Shown here piece by piece: positions 8,708 to 18,600 of a stretch of DNA of 40,385 nucleotides (positions are counted from its first letter, which is position 1; each line of letters begins with the position of its first letter). Location: positions 1 through 40,385 of the IMG/VR virus record IMGVR_UViG_3300033487_000226; one strand, 5' to 3'. Origin of the DNA: a virus (taxonomy: Duplodnaviria > Caudoviricetes). Made by a program: the position numbers and the translations under genes. The notes under the pieces are model-generated. The model had not been told where the DNA came from and did no database searches. It saw only the letters and a list, made by a program, of their open reading frames with translations.

Positions 8708-9946
8708 ATGCCCGTCAAGAGTACCGACCTTTCCGTTCATCAGCGCAAGTGGATTAGCGGCACGCTGATTGAGCGTTCCGCTCTTCAGTTGCGTCTGGCC
8801 CAGTTCGCCAGCCCCAACAGCCTGGACGACGGCAACGGCACCACGGCCACCTTCGTCGGCTACCGGCGGACGGATGTGGTAGTGGACAAGCTGGCCGAGG
8901 GCGTCACCCCCTCGGAGACCGCGTTCACCAACTTCTCGCAGACCATCACCGTGGACCACTGGGGCATGTTCATCGCCTTGACGGACGTGTCCACCGTCAC
9001 CACCGCGCACCCGGTCCTCAACGAGGCCCTGGACTTGGTGGCCGACGCCACGGCTCGCACGGTGGACTACAACCATGCCGAGGTGCTGAACGGCGGCACC
9101 AACGTGCAGTTCTGGGACGGCACCCGGGCCAACCGTGGAGCAATCACCGCCACGGACGTCTTCAACAAGAACGTGGCCACCAAGGCGCGCGTGGACCTGA
9201 ACAACGCGGCGGCCCCGGCCTGGAAGGGCGACTTCTACGCGGCGGTGTGCAGCGCCAGCGTGGAGGGTGACGTGCTGGCCGAGACCGCCACGGTGGGTGG
9301 CTTCACGGCGGCGGCCCAGATGCAGGACATGGCCAAGCTGGAGGCCGGGACGCTGGGCAACTGGTTGGGCTTCCAGTGGATTCGCTCCAACTTCCTGCCG
9401 CGCTTCACCCGGCTGGCGTCCGTTCCCGTCGTCACCCCCGGTGGCGGCGGCTCGCTCACCGGCACGGTCTACTACAAGCTCACCCGCAAGAACCTCACGC
9501 GCGGCTTCGAGGAGGACATTGGCGTGGAGGCGTCCGTGGCCATGGGCGCGGACACGTCCCTGGCCTTCACCTTCCCCAACACGACGGGCTACGTCTTCAA
9601 CCTCTACATCGGCGCGGCCACTGGGGACAGCAACCTCTACCTCGCCACGGAGAACCGCGCCGCCGGTTCCAGCGTGACTATCACCCTTCAGCCGGGCAGT
9701 GGCCGCAACCCGGGCCAGACGCCCGCCGTGGGCGTCACGGTGCACCCCATCTACATCTTCGGGGCCAAGTCCTTCGACAACGTGTCCATGAACTCGCTGA
9801 ACATGAAGGGCACCGTGACCCCGCCCGGGTCCTCCGATTCGGACCCCCTGGAGCAGCGGCGCAAGGTGGGCGCCAAGTGGGCCAACAAGTCCGGCATCCG
9901 TGACGCCACTCGCCTGAAGCGTATCGAGCTGGCCAGCAACTTCTGA
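8708..9946 (+). CDS. Major capsid protein, N4-gp56-like family
   Basis: LAEGVTPS near the N-terminus and DPLEQRRKVGAK near the C-terminus are characteristic; very strong codon bias; position after scaffold. Confidence 0.9.
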   Translation: MPVKSTDLSVHQRKWISGTLIERSALQLRLAQFASPNSLDDGNGTTATFVGYRRTDVVVDKLAEGVTPSETAFTNFSQTITVDHWGMFIALTDVSTVTTAHPVLNEALDLVADATARTVDYNHAEVLNGGTNVQFWDGTRANRGAITATDVFNKNVATKARVDLNNAAAPAWKGDFYAAVCSASVEGDVLAETATVGGFTAAAQMQDMAKLEAGTLGNWLGFQWIRSNFLPRFTRLASVPVVTPGGGGSLTGTVYYKLTRKNLTRGFEEDIGVEASVAMGADTSLAFTFPNTTGYVFNLYIGAATGDSNLYLATENRAAGSSVTITLQPGSGRNPGQTPAVGVTVHPIYIFGAKSFDNVSMNSLNMKGTVTPPGSSDSDPLEQRRKVGAKWANKSGIRDATRLKRIELASNF

Positions 9947-9958
9947 GCCTGCTGATTC

Positions 9959-9994
9959 GCCGCGCAAGCGGCCGGCTGGCCCACGAAACGGGCC
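9959..9994 (+). terminator. Tandem hairpins after the capsid gene (terminator or mRNA-stabilising)
   Basis: gccgc-GCAA-gcggc (GNRA loop) and ggccc-acgaaac-gggcc; only a weak U-tract. Confidence 0.4.
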
Positions 9995-10025
9995 GTTCCC
10001 CTCGCTGCACCACAAGGAATCACCA

Positions 10026-10697
10026 ATGGCACCAACCCCCGAGCAAGCCCGTGCGGCTGCCCTGAAGAGTCATGAAGCGCGGCGCCTCAAGAAGATGGCC
10101 ACGATGAAGTCTGGAGACAGCGCCCGGCAGGATGCGCAGGAGGCCATCCTCGCTGACCGTACCAACGTGACGCCTGACGTGCGCGAGCTGCCAGCGCTCC
10201 TTCAGGGTGCGGTGGACGAGAAGAAGGAGCAGGGCGCGTCCACTGAAGCTCTTGCTCTCGCCAGGGCCCAAATCGAGAAGCTGACCATCATCGTCGAGGG
10301 CCTGAGCAAGCAGGTCATCGACCTGGGCAAGAATCGGGAAGTCGTCAACCTGATTCGTCCTGAGCCTCTGATGAAGTGCCCAACCTGTGGACAGGTCGCG
10401 CTCAACCCGTCTACCAAGCGCGGCGTCTGTGACGGCAACCACCGCGCTACGCTCGTGCTCCCCAAGCAGCGTGACCTTGTGGCCCAGTTCCAGGGCGTCA
10501 CGGTCAACGGCAAGTGCTACTTCGGCATGTGCATGCTCCCGGTGGCCATCATTGACGGGGTGCTCTCGGAAATCTCCCACTGGGAGACTAACGAGCGGGC
10601 GAAGTTCATCAAGTCTGGCCGCATCTTCGGCAGCGAGCACCGGGCCTACACGTCCAACAACACCGCCTCCATTGGCGGTACGCCAATCATCGGGTGA
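10026..10697 (+). CDS. Hypothetical protein with coiled coil and CxxC...C..H motif
   Basis: AAGGA RBS; CPTC...CDGNH; basic N-terminus TPEQARAAALKSHEARR. Confidence 0.8.
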   Translation: MAPTPEQARAAALKSHEARRLKKMATMKSGDSARQDAQEAILADRTNVTPDVRELPALLQGAVDEKKEQGASTEALALARAQIEKLTIIVEGLSKQVIDLGKNREVVNLIRPEPLMKCPTCGQVALNPSTKRGVCDGNHRATLVLPKQRDLVAQFQGVTVNGKCYFGMCMLPVAIIDGVLSEISHWETNERAKFIKSGRIFGSEHRAYTSNNTASIGGTPIIG

Positions 10698-10701
10698 CAC
10701 C

Positions 10702-11421
10702 ATGGGGTCCATGACTCGTAGCACCCTGATTTCAGAGGCGCTGGAGCTGGCGGGTGATACGAGCCTGACCCCTCGTGCCGTTCAGTGGTTCAACGCGGCG
10801 CTGGCGGAGCTGTACGCCGCCGCGCCGTGGTCGTTCGTCTGTCGGTGGTTTGGTCCACACAACGTCCCTGCTGGCAGCACGAGCCTGATTGCAGGCACGG
10901 CTATTGGGGATGACGCGGACAGCTTCGTCCCGGTGCGCATCCACTCCATAATCAAGCTCCAGTGCGCTGACGGGGCCAACGAGCCGCTGGAGGTGGCGCT
11001 CGACGCCACGGACTTGCTGCCCGCGTCGTCCAACCCGTTGCTTCCGCTGGCGCCACGTCAAGGGCAGCCTCCGAAGCGGGCATACGTTGCGGAGCCCGGC
11101 AACGCGGGCGCCTGGACGGTGACGTTCGAGTACCCCACCGACCGTGCCTACAGCTTCGCGGTCTACGCGCACATCATTCCAAATGATTTGACGTCAGATA
11201 GCGACCGCCCGGCCTACCCTAACGATGATACAATCATGGCCGCCATCCGCGCGAAGGCGTATGAGCACCAGAAGGACGGGCTCGGCTTCAATGAAGTCTA
11301 TCGGGCCAAGGTGGCAGCCGACAGATTGCTGTACTTGAAGACTACCAACGCGCATGCGGCGCTGCGCCTGTCCCCCAGGTTCAGTCCCGCCCCCCGGAGA
11401 TTGAGACAATGGCCACCCTGA
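10702..11421 (+). CDS. Head-tail adaptor (podophage type)
   Basis: MTRSTLISEALELAG...WFNAALAELYAAAPWSF helical N-terminus typical of adaptors; position; 10711 is an alternative start. Confidence 0.65.
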   Translation: MGSMTRSTLISEALELAGDTSLTPRAVQWFNAALAELYAAAPWSFVCRWFGPHNVPAGSTSLIAGTAIGDDADSFVPVRIHSIIKLQCADGANEPLEVALDATDLLPASSNPLLPLAPRQGQPPKRAYVAEPGNAGAWTVTFEYPTDRAYSFAVYAHIIPNDLTSDSDRPAYPNDDTIMAAIRAKAYEHQKDGLGFNEVYRAKVAADRLLYLKTTNAHAALRLSPRFSPAPRRLRQWPP

Positions 11422-13106
11422 TTTTCAAGAAGTTTGCTGGCGTCAATCGGTCAGTGGACCCCGCCGAGCTGGACAAGCGCCAGCTCACGGGGTCCGTCAA
11501 TTTCTACCCCGAGAAAGTGGGCGGTGATTTGATTATCCGTCCACAGATGACCCACATCCAATATCTTGGGCTGGAATTGGACTTGGCCGACAAGCTTCAA
11601 TTGGTCAGCTTCAACGACGGTCGCCGTGAAATCATACTGTTGTTGATTGTGTGCGAGTCCAACCAGGAAGTGAATTTCACCATGTACGAGGTATTCACGG
11701 AGCAGCCTCCGTACATCTCGCCCGTGGTGGGCGTCACCAACAATAAAAACTACAGCAGCGACGTGAAGCCCTCCACGGTGCAGTGGAACAATCGCCTTTA
11801 CATCCTGACCGGGAGTGATTTCTACGGGTACGTCGTTGTCAACGAAAGTGCCGGCGGTACACCTGGGCCGGTGGGAGGCACAGGACTCCGCGTGGTGACG
11901 TTGACAGAGCGGTGGCTGAACGCGGAAAGCCCGGTGTCCCCGACCGTGGGCACCGTCTACAAGGGCACGATGGTGTTGTCCGGCTTCGTACCTCCCTACG
12001 GTTCGCTGATTCGTTGGACTGAGGTGGGCGACCCGGACACACTGCTTGGCCTTGACAAATCAATCTACGTTGGACGGAACGACGCCGGCCACATCGTGGC
12101 GATGACTGAGGTGGCGGTGGAGGGTGGTGCGGTCATGATTGAACCGTACCTGTTGGTGCTGAAGTCAACGGCGGCGTACATGCTGCGCGGACTTCCGCCG
12201 ACGTCGGCCACGGACGGCGACTTGGTGATTACGCCAATCAACGTCAGCGAAGGCTGCATCAGCAAGGAAACGGTGGTCAAGACAGAGCATGGAGTGATTT
12301 GGTGTTCTGGGCAGAGCGTGTGGCTGGTGCAGGGGAACGGCAAGCCGGTGGAGATTGGACAAGCGGTGCGTGGGCACTTGTCCAATTTGCCCAGGTCTCC
12401 GAATCATTGGCACGCGACCTACCACGATGGGTTCTACAAGCTGAATGTGCCCTCCACGGACGCAACCGATATTTACACCCCAACGGAGCAGTGGTGGTGT
12501 GACATGCGGGACTTCCCCAGGAGCATTTCGTGGTGGGGGCCTCAGACAATCAAAAGCGACACTGCAATCATCGCCAACATCAATGGGTCCAAGTTGTACC
12601 TCTCGGCGGTATTGGCCGGCACGGGTGTCCATGCCGATGCTCGGCTGGAAACGCTCGGACGTGACGTGGCAAACGACTTGGACCACTACGCTCCAATCCT
12701 TTCGCCCGGTGACGAAGCTTCGTTTATTGGCGAGCTGACCTTCAAAGAAGTTGATTTTGACGACGTATCCACGAAGAAAATCATTCAGGCCACGGAAATC
12801 GTGTTTCAGCACGAAAGCGATTTGACGGTGGAAATCTTCCACAACGGCGACGTTGGTGCAGGCGGAGTTGTGGATGGAGCCGACGCGATTCCAGAAGGCT
12901 TCATGCTGGACACGACAACTCTGGACAACGCAGGGTCCACGCTGAGCCTCAAGCACAAAACTGTTACGCTCAAGCACGGAGCTTCCAGGGTGTTGGTGAA
13001 CAGCGTTCAGCCGCGAATCAGGTTCCTGTCCCTGGGCAACGGCAGGATGAATGTGCGCTTCAAGCAGCTTGTGGTACACTACTCGCAAATCAACCGTCGT
13101 CCATGA
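11409..13106 (+). CDS. Tail nozzle / stabilisation protein (P22 gp10 or T7 gp12-like)
   Basis: 565 aa, beta-rich; FAGVN N-terminus, IRWTEVGDP and EGCISKETV segments; follows the adaptor. Confidence 0.7.
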   Translation: MATLIFKKFAGVNRSVDPAELDKRQLTGSVNFYPEKVGGDLIIRPQMTHIQYLGLELDLADKLQLVSFNDGRREIILLLIVCESNQEVNFTMYEVFTEQPPYISPVVGVTNNKNYSSDVKPSTVQWNNRLYILTGSDFYGYVVVNESAGGTPGPVGGTGLRVVTLTERWLNAESPVSPTVGTVYKGTMVLSGFVPPYGSLIRWTEVGDPDTLLGLDKSIYVGRNDAGHIVAMTEVAVEGGAVMIEPYLLVLKSTAAYMLRGLPPTSATDGDLVITPINVSEGCISKETVVKTEHGVIWCSGQSVWLVQGNGKPVEIGQAVRGHLSNLPRSPNHWHATYHDGFYKLNVPSTDATDIYTPTEQWWCDMRDFPRSISWWGPQTIKSDTAIIANINGSKLYLSAVLAGTGVHADARLETLGRDVANDLDHYAPILSPGDEASFIGELTFKEVDFDDVSTKKIIQATEIVFQHESDLTVEIFHNGDVGAGGVVDGADAIPEGFMLDTTTLDNAGSTLSLKHKTVTLKHGASRVLVNSVQPRIRFLSLGNGRMNVRFKQLVVHYSQINRRP

Positions 13107-13117
13107 GGAGCTGAATC

Positions 13118-13675
13118 ATGAAGCGCACCTTTGCCGTATTCATGGCCGTGGTGTTCGGGGTCGCGGTCGCCGTCTACACCAACGCCTCCGCGCACACGTC
13201 GTCCCCCAGTACGTTCACCACCTTTTCCAACGGGCAGGTGTTGACCGCCTCGACACTCAACGCCAACTTCGCGCACCTGCATAACACGCTGACGGGCTCA
13301 ATCACCGACGCCAATATCAGCGCGCTGGCGGCCATTCAGCACGGCAAGTTGGCCATGCCGTTGCTGGTGGCCAAGGCGTTCGCCGTGGTGGGCACCAACA
13401 CCTCGCCCTGCACGGGCGTTGGGGGCACACTGTGCTCTGTCCCGATGGGTCAGAACGTGGTGAGCGCCAGGACCGGGACGAACGCTGGTGAATACATCGT
13501 CACGCTGTCCTTTTCGATTGGTGGACTGACTGGGCCATTGGTGACGCCCTTCACCCCCACTCGAATGTGCGCCGCGTCCAGGTTCACCGATACGGAAGTG
13601 CTGGTGACGTGCCAGAATGCGTCTGGCGCCGGAGCGGCTACTTCGTTCACGTTCGTCATATACGACATGACCTGA
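13118..13675 (+). CDS. Short fibre-like protein with N-terminal signal peptide
   Basis: MKR + hydrophobic core + ASA; then FSNGQVLTASTLNANF fibre-anchor-like motif; four Cys in the C-terminal beta domain; GAGGAG RBS. Confidence 0.6.
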   Translation: MKRTFAVFMAVVFGVAVAVYTNASAHTSSPSTFTTFSNGQVLTASTLNANFAHLHNTLTGSITDANISALAAIQHGKLAMPLLVAKAFAVVGTNTSPCTGVGGTLCSVPMGQNVVSARTGTNAGEYIVTLSFSIGGLTGPLVTPFTPTRMCAASRFTDTEVLVTCQNASGAGAATSFTFVIYDMT

Positions 13676-13684
13676 TTTAGTGAG

Positions 13685-14347
13685 GTGATTCAAATGGCAT
13701 CCAATCCGTATTTTCCCGGCATGTCCCTGGGGGTGGTGCCGGTGAGCGGGCCCGGGGGCGGCTCTACTACGATGCAGCCTCCGCCCAATCTGACGTACCT
13801 GCCGGTGGGGTGGCAGGCCACGCTGGGACAGGGCACCAGCCCCACCGCCAACTGGCAGAAGGCGAGCCAGCTCCCCTACGCGGAAAACCTCTACTCCGAC
13901 ATGGAGTACCTGCAACGGGCCATCGAGGAGCTGATGACGACGCAGGCCCCGGAGTACCTGCTGTCCGGTGCCCTCAACGGCGCTCGGCAGGAGGCGTATT
14001 CGCGCGGACTGGACGGACCCTTGGCCGCCGCCGTGGCTGCCAACGCGCGCACCAACGCGCTCAATCAGTGGAATCAGCAGAAGTTCGGACGGCTCCAGGA
14101 GATGGTGGCGCTCAGTGGCAATCTGGCGCTCACCACCCAGCAGCAGGAGTGGCAGCGACGGATGGCGGAGTATGCACGCAAGCTCGCCGCTGCTCAGGCT
14201 GAGGCTGGAAAGAACGCGGACATTGGCGCCATGATTGGCACTGGAGCTGGTGGCGCGCTGGGAGGCTACTTCGGCGGCCCGGCCGGCGCGGGGGCCGGCG
14301 CGAACATTGGTGGCGGTATCGGTAGCGCGGTGGGAGGTGGCCTGTGA
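13685..14347 (+). CDS. Putative DNA ejection / pilot protein
   Basis: Q/A-rich coiled coil followed by a C-terminal glycine zipper (GAMIGTGAGGALGGYFGGPAGAG); 13694 is an alternative start. Confidence 0.6.
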   Translation: MIQMASNPYFPGMSLGVVPVSGPGGGSTTMQPPPNLTYLPVGWQATLGQGTSPTANWQKASQLPYAENLYSDMEYLQRAIEELMTTQAPEYLLSGALNGARQEAYSRGLDGPLAAAVAANARTNALNQWNQQKFGRLQEMVALSGNLALTTQQQEWQRRMAEYARKLAAAQAEAGKNADIGAMIGTGAGGALGGYFGGPAGAGAGANIGGGIGSAVGGGL

Positions 14348-15612
14348 ACGAAGCGTGGCCCATCTACACGACAGGTGACAACGGACGCGGCGTTCAGATG
14401 CTACGCGAAGGCATCGCGCAGCTCGCGGGTGTGTGGCAGCAACGTCAGCAGGAGGCCGCACAACGTGCGGCCTTGGCCTCGCCTGCCCTCAATCAAATGC
14501 TGGGAACGGTGCTGAACCTCAACGCGCAGCAAGGCCAGTCGATGCAGCCCGGGGGTGTCCATGGGGTGGCGGACATGGCCGCCGCCGCCAACCTGGGGGC
14601 GGGCATCATGGCGCCGCAAATCAACGCCATGATGGCGCAGAACATGCCAGCCTACCTCCGAGGCGCGCTGGCTACGCCTCCGGTTCAGTCCCCCGGGCAG
14701 GGCCCGTCCGGCATCCCCCCCTTCCTGGCACGGCCCCCTGAGCCGGGCGCTCCGGAAACGCGGGGGCCTGTCTCGGCTCCAATCGGCAACATGCCGTCCA
14801 TCTACATGCAGGGCACGGGGCTGCCCGGCTCCACCACGTTCACCGAAGAGATGACCCTCACCGCTCCGCGCCGGGACATGACGCCGCGTGGGCCGATGAT
14901 GGGTCAGCCCTCCGTGGAGCCCCGGCAATACTTCCGCACTCCTGCCGAGTGGGACATGGCCCGAACCGTGCTTCCCTACGTCACCCAGGCGCAGGTCACG
15001 CGGATGCAGTCCGACAGCGCCAATGCCCGCGCCAACGAGAAGGTTCAGGCCGACGTGGTGAAGACGCAGACCCGGACGGCGGTGGAGCTGCTCAAGCTGA
15101 TGGACAAGGGCCTCGCCCGCGCCCAGCAGTGGGACCTGAAGGTCAAGCAGCTCAACAAGATGGGCAAGGGGGTGGACAAAATCAAAATCATGCGCGACGC
15201 CACCAACGATGCCTTGGCCGCTGTGCGACACGCGGAGCAGATTCTCTCCACCATGGACGGTATGGGGGGCTCTGCCGCTGAAGCAAATAGCGAGCTGCGC
15301 AACAATTACGACGCGGCTCGCCAGAAGGTGGAGGAGGCCCGTGCTCGCTACAATTCATGGAACGCCATCTACAGCCAGCTCCTCAACGAGCGGATGGGGG
15401 CGGACGACTCCGGGGTCCAGATGGAAGGCCCTCCCCAGATTCGGATGGGCACCCCGCGCACCCGTGAAATCACGGTGGAGGTGACGGACGCGCAGGGCAA
15501 CACGCGGCCGGGCAAGGCCACTCTCACCCTGCCTCCGACCATCGATGACAAGACGGATTTGTCCAAGCTGAGCACGGAGGAGTTGCAACAGTGGATGGCC
15601 ACTAACCAGTAA
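14344..15612 (+). CDS. Putative internal virion / ejection protein
   Basis: GTGA-coupled; P/Q/M-rich region then coiled coil; position in the ejection module. Confidence 0.55.
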   Translation: MNEAWPIYTTGDNGRGVQMLREGIAQLAGVWQQRQQEAAQRAALASPALNQMLGTVLNLNAQQGQSMQPGGVHGVADMAAAANLGAGIMAPQINAMMAQNMPAYLRGALATPPVQSPGQGPSGIPPFLARPPEPGAPETRGPVSAPIGNMPSIYMQGTGLPGSTTFTEEMTLTAPRRDMTPRGPMMGQPSVEPRQYFRTPAEWDMARTVLPYVTQAQVTRMQSDSANARANEKVQADVVKTQTRTAVELLKLMDKGLARAQQWDLKVKQLNKMGKGVDKIKIMRDATNDALAAVRHAEQILSTMDGMGGSAAEANSELRNNYDAARQKVEEARARYNSWNAIYSQLLNERMGADDSGVQMEGPPQIRMGTPRTREITVEVTDAQGNTRPGKATLTLPPTIDDKTDLSKLSTEELQQWMATNQ

Positions 15613-15630
15613 TGCTAGCTTGTCGTCACT

Positions 15631-18600
15631 ATGGCCGACGACAAGCTGAAGCAGCGCGTGATGGAAGAGTTGAGGCGGCGAGGCGCCGTGGCTGCACCCC
15701 CCGCGCCCGCCCCTCAACCCCTGCCCCCTCCGCCCTCTTCCCCGGGCGTGCTTTCCAGGGCGGCTGACCTGCTGAACCAGGGCGTGACGGCAGCGCAGAA
15801 GAACGCCCAGCTCGTGCTTGGCAACGTCCTGGACCCGAGCTACTTCCAGAACTTCACCATCCCCTTCACCGACAACGCCAGCCTCCCGCTGACGAGCCTC
15901 CCCGGTGGCGCGCTGCTGGCCACGGACGCGGGCCGCCTGCTCGCCGCCCGCGCCTACCAGAGCGTCAACCCGTTCGCGTCCGGTGCGGTGGGCGAGGGCA
16001 CAGTGGAGGCCAACCCCTACGCCCAGCGTGGCGCGGTGCAGCTCGCGGACATGCTGGGGGACGTCCCGGCCGCCGCGCTCCAGGCAGGGGCGCAGATTGT
16101 CCCGGGCGCGCTCGTCGAGGCTGGAGCCGGCGCAGTGGCCCGCGCTCCCCAGGTGGCTCGGACGGGCTACACCGCGCTGTCCCAGGCCCTTCCTCGGATG
16201 GCCCAGCAGGCAGCTCGCACGGGCGGAGTCTCCATGGGGGTGAACGCGGCCCAGGCTGCGCTGGGTGCCGCCGAAGGTCAGCGCGCCGACACCTTCACCC
16301 AGGCGATGACCGACCCGGCGCAGGCTGTCCCGTCCTTCTTGCTGGGGGCCCTCCCTGCCACGGCGGTCGAGGGGCTGGCTCTCCGTCGAGCGAACGCCGC
16401 CGCCCTGGCGGACATTGCCGGCCCGCCCCCGGCGCGTGCTCCGGAGACTTCGACTCCGGCACCTGACCCGGTGACGCAGCAACACATGATTGCTGCCGCA
16501 CAGGAGCCCGTCACCCTGCCGGCCATGGAGGAGTTGACCCAGTTGACGCAGCTTGGCAGGAATCAGCTCCCAGAGCTTCCGGCGCCGATGCAGCGGAGTG
16601 TCCTGGCTCCGATTCCTGCGCGACGTGAAGCCGGGGCGATGCTCTACGGAGCTGGCGGGGAGCGTCCCCCTGCGTTCAACGAGCTGCCCACCCGCAACAT
16701 TGCGGTCGAGGCCACCGTGCCGCCCGTGGTGCCCCCCGGTGCGCGCACCCCGCCTGTGGACGCTCCTACCCGGGCCTATGCTGACCTGCCCCTCGCCATG
16801 CAGCGGGACATGGACCCCCAGGCACGCGCGCAGTACATCATTGACGCGGCCAATCAGCTTCAGGCGGAAGCGCCTGGCTTCTCGCCGGCCGTGGGAGTGG
16901 CTGCTCCGCGCGCGTCCGCGCCCGCTGCTGGGACGGTCGTGGCCCGCGCGCCGGCTACGCCGCTGCCCTCGCGCATCCAGGACGTGGACCCGGCTTTCGT
17001 TGGGACGCAATTGGCTGCTCCATCCGAGCTGCCCAATCCGAAGTCCGCCGCGCAGCGTGGCAACTGGAAGACGTATGTGGGTACGCCCCAGGGTATGCGC
17101 GAGACCTTCAGCGCCCCGGCTGAGGTGCCGTCGCCGCCTCCTGCCCAGGCTGCCGCCAATCCGTTGGTGTCCGACATGGACGTCACCAACGCCATGGACC
17201 TGATTGACGTGGCCAAGGCCACCGGGGAGAACCCGGCCAAAGCGCGGGAAGTCCTCTACGGTCCCGGCGCAAAGAACATGGGCGCCGCTGGCCGAGGGGA
17301 CGATACCCAAATCAAGTGGAACCGGGACATTCTGCGCGAGCAGCAGCGCAAGGCCGACAAGCCGATGGTGGAGCAGACCCAACAGCTCACTGACCCCCAG
17401 GTCATCGCTGAAATCAACGCCAGCAAGGACAAGCGGACGGTGGAGATGCCCGGGGACCCGATTCCGCCCGGGGGGCTCCCTCCGGACGTGGACGTGCCGG
17501 GCGCGGCTGCCGATGACGCCGCCCACGCCCTGCGTCGAATCAGGGAGGAGCGCAACCCCAACCTTCTCCAGGAGGTTGCCAAGAAGTGGGGGCTTCCAGA
17601 ACACCGGGCCTTCCCGCTGGAGCAGGCGGCCATCCGTGGATACAAGGCCGCCGGGCACATTCAGAACGTCCAGTTCGGCAAGGTGTTTCCGATGCTGCGC
17701 GCGGCCTACACCAACGCAGGCAAGGATGGGCGGCGCCTGATTGACAACTTCGTGCGCCAGAACCTCAACCGGCAGACTCCCACCATCCCCGTGGAGGCGC
17801 TGCCCCGGGAGTTCCGCGAGCTGTTCCAGGCGGGGGTGGAGCAAAACCGCTTCTACCGGGACGAGCTGGTCAAGGCCGGCTACTTCTCCCCACAGCAAAT
17901 CAAAGCCATCATGGAGCAGGAGAAGGCCGGGCTCGTCTGGCTCCACCGTGATTACAAGGCATACCTGGACAACAGCTACCTGCCCGACCGTGGGTTGATG
18001 GACCGTGCCATCCGCTGGACGGTGAAGAAGTCTGAGGGCCGGCTGAACTACGGCACGGCGGCCAACGAGCTGATTGCTCTCATGTCCGGGACGGGCGACA
18101 TGCAGAACAGGTTTCGTCAGTCCAGGCTCAACCGTGAAATCCTGAAGGAGCGCGCCAACATCCCGCCCATCATCCGTGACCTGCTGGGAGAGGTTCACAA
18201 CCCGGCCTATGTCACCGCCGCGTCCATGTCCGAGGTGGAGCGGCTGTGGCGCCAGCACAAGGTGAGCCAGACCTTCACCTCGCCCGAGTACAAGGGGGTG
18301 CTGTGGGACAATCAGCCCAACGCTGCCATGCACGAAGCACGGGTGTGGAACGACAACATGAGCGCCTTCGAGAACAAGCGCTCCTTCGGGGAGTTCGCGG
18401 GCAAGTACGTCAGCCCTCAGCTCTACGAAGCAATCATGCAGGCACCCAGCCCGGTCATGCGCTCCACCCTCCAGCGGGTGGGAGCGTTCGTCACCGGCAT
18501 GTTCAAGACGGCCAAGGTGGCGCTGAGCCCGGTCTCGTACATGAACAACTGGATTTCCAACAGCGCCAACGCGGCGGCGGCGGGCCTCCCGGTGTGGAAC

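Noticed and set aside
8687-10015. 442-aa ORF antisense to the capsid gene
   Set aside because: Same codon-bias shadow effect
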